Assembly (NCBI GenBank): GCA_028023455.1
Contig: JAQFVV010000006.1
Coordinates: forward strand, 7,812,001 to 7,876,000
DNA from: Epiperipatus broadwayi
Taxonomy: Eukaryota > Animalia > Onychophora
Length of the DNA stretch: 64,000 nucleotides
Reading direction: 5' to 3'
Made by a program: the position numbers and the translations under genes. Below the pieces are notes generated by a model, which searched no databases, had not been told where the DNA came from, and was given only the letters and a program-made list of their open reading frames with translations. Shown here in pieces: positions 63,151 through 64,000 of the stretch. Each line of letters starts with the position of its first letter. The stretch's first letter is position 1.

Positions 63151-64000
63151 ATGGTTAAATATAATAAATAATTTTCTTAATTAATAATAATCTGGTCAGT
63201 TATTTTGGAAGTTAATTGTCATTTAAGAATTCAAGTTAGCAATTCAACATGACAGATGGTTTCAATAGGCCAACTAAGGAGTTTTTTTTTTAAAAAATTA
63301 CTCAGCTAAGAATCAATTCAAGAATCTTTAGCATCTCACATATAAAACTCTTACCAAAGTAATGACTAAACCATTCGGAACATAATTCTTCAATTCATAT
63401 GTTGTTAAGCTAAAATGTTATAATTTATAAAATTTTAATGAAAAAAAATCCAAAATTGTCAACCATGTAACAGCTCTGAACGTTGTAAAAATTTGTATAC
63501 AATCTAATTTGCAAACCTTCTGCCAGCTAATACGAGGGGTTACATTAGTAGGTTTACCCATGAGTGCATAAGTTGGTTGCAAAAGTCTTATGCAGAACTA
63601 TCCTAACATATGGAACAATATGTGCATTAAATGTTGGCACTGGCTGTGACCAAAAACTTTTTTTGTTTGATATATATACTTCCAATTTTTCTTCATTCAT
63701 TACAAAATTCTTGACAAAATTAGGTTATTTGTATTGTTAGGTTTTCCAAAAAGTTCATAGTTTTAAAAGTCAAAGATTTTTATAGCTTCACAATCTTATC
63801 CTACCTGCCGACAGCCAGCATCCTTTCTTTAAATTCACTGGGGATTATTAAATACTTCTTTTTCCAAAGTAAATATGTACACTATTTACTCAAATGTCCT
63901 TGAATCCTTAAAGCACCACCTATGTCTCATATAGAGAGCCAATAAGTCAATTATAGTTCTAATACTATATATATATAAACACTGTTTGAAGACTCTGAAT

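Noticed and set aside
63530-63560. Mariner-like terminus TACGAGGG
   Set aside because: No matching opposite TIR or transposase in the window.

Overview
Very AT-rich eukaryotic DNA (roughly 25-30% GC by eye; probably an invertebrate, likely an arthropod). It has no intact long gene and is almost entirely nested, mostly decayed transposable elements: a near-full-length RTE-X-like LINE (PHD + SGNH esterase ORF1; APE-RT-CCHC ORF2), RTE LINE fragments, two Penelope-like (RT/GIY-YIG) remnants, a full-length decayed Tigger/pogo, hAT MITEs, a non-autonomous piggyBac-like element and tRNA-derived SINEs. The main signal is about 25 type I hammerhead ribozyme (HHR) motifs on both strands, most of them decayed and a handful with an intact catalytic core. 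They sit in non-coding 335-475 nt repeat units (my labels A1, A2, A3, B1, B2) arranged as partial tandems, inverted stubs and long palindromes. This fits retrozyme-like or non-autonomous Penelope-mobilised elements. Stem III in these ribozymes is almost always a short palindrome whose sequence differs between families, which suggests dimeric (double-hammerhead) cleavage. All folds and alignments were done by eye, and element boundaries are approximate unless TIRs or TSDs are given.
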